DNA of 59,533 nt from Rickettsiales bacterium (lineage in GTDB: Bacteria; Pseudomonadota; Alphaproteobacteria; Rickettsiales; JABIRX01): assembly GCA_965658435.1 (NCBI GenBank), contig CBFHSE010000003.1, positions 1 to 59,533 on the forward strand, in the 5' to 3' direction. The translations under genes were made by a program, and so were the position numbers. Under the pieces are notes generated by a model that ran no database searches, was not told the DNA's origin, and saw only the letters and a list, made by a program, of their open reading frames with translations. Position 1 is the first letter of the stretch, and every line of letters begins with the position of its first letter. Below, in pieces: positions 57,047-59,533 of the stretch.

Positions 57047-59533
57047 ATGAAGCTTAATTTCGGTTTTACTTGTAAAGATTTATATGAAAGAGATAAATTA
57101 TTAGAGTTGCAAAGCAAATTTCTTGATTATTTACGAAATAGACAAGTCGAATTGGCTAATAAATATGTTATATCTCTAGAAAATGGTGATATTGCTGAGG
57201 CTGATTTGCTTGATCTTGCTGTTTATTTGCAAGAATTTATTGCTAAGTTATTTTCTGTAAATGATAAATTGCAAGAATGGGTAAATAGAGAAAAAAAATA
57301 TGATAATTTATTTAAATGTAAGAAATTATTTATTCAAAAACAAGCGTTGCGAGCTTATAATCTAGAGGAGATAGCAGAATTTCCTATTGCTGAAATAAAA
57401 AATAAAATTACTAGTTTGATTGGTGAATTTAACGAGGTTAATTTTGCAAATTATGTAATAAGACATCTTGATTTAGCTGAAAAAGAGAGATTAGAGCCTT
57501 TTTTAAAATATGCAGCTTGGTCTTTGCATGATTTAGAGGCAAAAAAAATTCATAAAGATTCGGTTTTATTTAAATTAGCAAAAAAATTAGATTCTGCTAA
57601 TTTATTAGAGGTTAAAAAGGAAGTTGTTAATGATGTTTTAGAAATTGGTTCAGATGAAGTTAGGGTTCGAGATGGTTTTTCATTAAGTGATAAAAAAACA
57701 AAAACGGTAGAAGCCTTAAATGAAGCAAATTATTGTCTTTTTTGTCATGAAAGACATAAAGATTCTTGTAGTAAAGGTTTAAAAGATAAGGATGGGGGAT
57801 TTAAAATTTCTGATCAGAAAAATATTTTAACAGGTTGTCCTTTAGAAGAAAAAATCTCGGAAATGAATTTGCTTAGAGCGGAATCTAAAATTTTAGCTGC
57901 TCTTGCAGTTGCTATGATAGATAATCCTTTATTGGCTGCGACTGGTAAAAGAATTTGTAATGATTGTATGAAAAGCTGTATTTATCAGAAGCAAGATCCT
58001 GTTAATATCCCTATGGTTGAAACTGAGATATTAGAAAAAATTCTTGAGCTAAATTATGGTTTTGAGATTTACTCATTATTAACAAGATGGAATCCTTTAA
58101 ATATAAAAAGACATATAACTAAGCCAGATAGTAATAAGAAAATATTAGTTGTGGGTCAGGGGCCTGCAGGATTTAATTTAGCTTATCATTTAATTGAGGA
58201 GGGGCATTTTGTGGTTGCTATTGAAGGGTTAAAGGTGGAGCCACTTTCTTTGGATTTAATAGGGGTTGATTTTAAAGCAATAAAAAATATAAAAGATTTA
58301 TATGAAGATTTAAATGAAAGAAAATCTTATGGTTTTGGTGGTGTAGCTGAATATGGAATTACTGTACGCTGGAATAAGAATTTTTTAACTTTAATTAGGA
58401 TAATTTTAGAAAGAAATAATAATTATAAATTATATGGCGGAGTTAGATATGGTTCACAAATTACACGAGAAATTGCCTTTAACGAGTTAGGTTTTGAGCA
58501 TATTGCCCTTTGTCAGGGTGCTGGTAGTCCCAATATTATCACTATTAAAAATAACTTATGTAAGGGTGTTAGAAAAGCTTCTGACTTTTTGATGAATTTA
58601 CAGTCGCAAAATCCTTATAGATTGCAATCATTAGCTAATTTACAAATTAGATTGCCAATTATTGTTATAGGTGGAGGTTTAACGGCTATTGATGCTGCTA
58701 CTGAGTCTTTTAATTATTATAAAGTACAGATTCTTAAATTTTATAAGGAGTATCAAGAATTAGTAAATATTATAGGTCGTAAGGATCTTGAAAAAGAATG
58801 GGATAAGGAAGAAGGGAAAATTGCCAAGGAATTTTTAGAAGATGCAAAAAAAATTAAAGAGCTTGAAGATAAATATGGAGATAAAGCTAAATTTAAAATT
58901 TTTGCTTATTTAGTAAAAAAAGGGGGAGTTAAAATTTTATATCGTAAATCTTTACAAGATAGCCCTGCTTATAGATTGAATCATGAGGAAATAGAAAAAG
59001 CCTTTGAGGAAGGGGTGAAATTTGTTGAATATGCTGAACCTAAAGAAATTATTTTAGATAAGTTTGGAGCAGTTAAGGCTTTGCAAATTGCCATAAATTC
59101 TCAAATAAAAACTATTGAAGCTAAAACAATTTTAATTGCAGCTGGTACTAAACCAAATATTTTTTCTGCAAAAGAGGATAAAGAACTTGAACTAGATGGT
59201 ATTTATTTTAAAGCAATTGATGCTGCTGGAAAAAAATTGAGCAATTTAGTTAATGTAAAATCAGATAAATATTCTGTTATTACTTACAGAGATAAGAAAA
59301 ATAGAGCTATTAGTTTTTTTGGCGATCAACATCCTGTTTTTGCGGGTAATGTTGTAAAAGCTATGGCTTCAGCAAAGAAAGGTTATCCCTTAATTTCAAA
59401 GGAATTATTAAATATTGAGAGTAAAATATTAAATAAAGATGAATTTATTGCAAATTTAGATGAGTTATTAATTGCAAAAATAGTTGATGTGCAAGAAATT
59501 GCTCCGAAAATTATTGAGTTAATTGTAAAAGCA
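57047..59533 (+). CDS. Large FAD/NAD(P)-dependent pyridine nucleotide-disulfide oxidoreductase (GltD-like core with N-terminal extension), 3' end cut by the window edge
   Basis: It is not in the ORF track because no stop occurs before the window end. My translation from ATG 57047 is open for 829 codons. It shows Cys clusters (CLFCHERHKDSC...GCP, CNDCMKSC), dinucleotide motifs KILVVGQGPAGFNLA and IIVIGGGLTAIDAA, and LIAAGTKPN. Confidence 0.8.
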   Translation, partial: MKLNFGFTCKDLYERDKLLELQSKFLDYLRNRQVELANKYVISLENGDIAEADLLDLAVYLQEFIAKLFSVNDKLQEWVNREKKYDNLFKCKKLFIQKQALRAYNLEEIAEFPIAEIKNKITSLIGEFNEVNFANYVIRHLDLAEKERLEPFLKYAAWSLHDLEAKKIHKDSVLFKLAKKLDSANLLEVKKEVVNDVLEIGSDEVRVRDGFSLSDKKTKTVEALNEANYCLFCHERHKDSCSKGLKDKDGGFKISDQKNILTGCPLEEKISEMNLLRAESKILAALAVAMIDNPLLAATGKRICNDCMKSCIYQKQDPVNIPMVETEILEKILELNYGFEIYSLLTRWNPLNIKRHITKPDSNKKILVVGQGPAGFNLAYHLIEEGHFVVAIEGLKVEPLSLDLIGVDFKAIKNIKDLYEDLNERKSYGFGGVAEYGITVRWNKNFLTLIRIILERNNNYKLYGGVRYGSQITREIAFNELGFEHIALCQGAGSPNIITIKNNLCKGVRKASDFLMNLQSQNPYRLQSLANLQIRLPIIVIGGGLTAIDAATESFNYYKVQILKFYKEYQELVNIIGRKDLEKEWDKEEGKIAKEFLEDAKKIKELEDKYGDKAKFKIFAYLVKKGGVKILYRKSLQDSPAYRLNHEEIEKAFEEGVKFVEYAEPKEIILDKFGAVKALQIAINSQIKTIEAKTILIAAGTKPNIFSAKEDKELELDGIYFKAIDAAGKKLSNLVNVKSDKYSVITYRDKKNRAISFFGDQHPVFAGNVVKAMASAKKGYPLISKELLNIESKILNKDEFIANLDELLIAKIVDVQEIAPKIIELIVKA

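Noticed and set aside
56314-57117. Minus-strand ORFs 56314-56658 and 56770-57117
   Set aside because: They are antisense to the DUF445 gene, whose translation carries a recognisable family motif. Their own translations are low-complexity and AT-codon driven.

Overview
This is an AT-rich chromosomal segment, roughly 30% GC by eye (not computed). Genes are densely packed, often overlap, and use the standard code, since TGA terminates several clear genes. The housekeeping set looks alphaproteobacterial: short ProRS, PetABC, SdhCDAB, GatCAB, CcmC, AddA, AtpDC and monothiol Grx/BolA. That fits a host-associated Rickettsiales/Holosporales-like organism, but the taxon cannot be fixed from the sequence alone. 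The first 20 kb is dominated by lipid metabolism. It holds a fadD-fadA-fadB-fadE beta-oxidation operon and a six-gene, translationally coupled operon (FAD oxidoreductase, DUF1365, CFA-synthase-like, chalcone-isomerase-like, MFS, DUF3833 lipocalin). An SDR lies further downstream, and an acyltransferase/alpha-beta-hydrolase fusion is transcribed divergently. The rest is core metabolism and information processing: icd, fdxA, ccmC, grxD, bolA, proB, rpmG, sdhCDAB, secF, gatCAB, slt, lgt, petABC, atpDC, rnhA, thrB, addA, proS and mutL. Four things are not ordinary. (1) A 743-aa acidic tandem-repeat protein is followed by a 1.5-kb decayed region that repeats its leader sequence, and the whole locus appears wedged into the lipid operon. 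(2) A 726-aa ANK-like/coiled-coil protein carries a bilobed hydrophobic domain. (3) A mobile-element remnant, including a winged-helix replication-type gene with an in-frame 12-bp microsatellite, sits between petA and atpD. (4) A 190-bp tandem repeat re-copies the 3' end of atpC about 3.7 times. I recognised no rRNA, tRNA, CRISPR array, transposase or defence system. I cannot show that a truly novel system is present. The best candidates are the extended FAD-oxidoreductase/DUF1365/CFA lipid-modification cluster and the effector-like loci.
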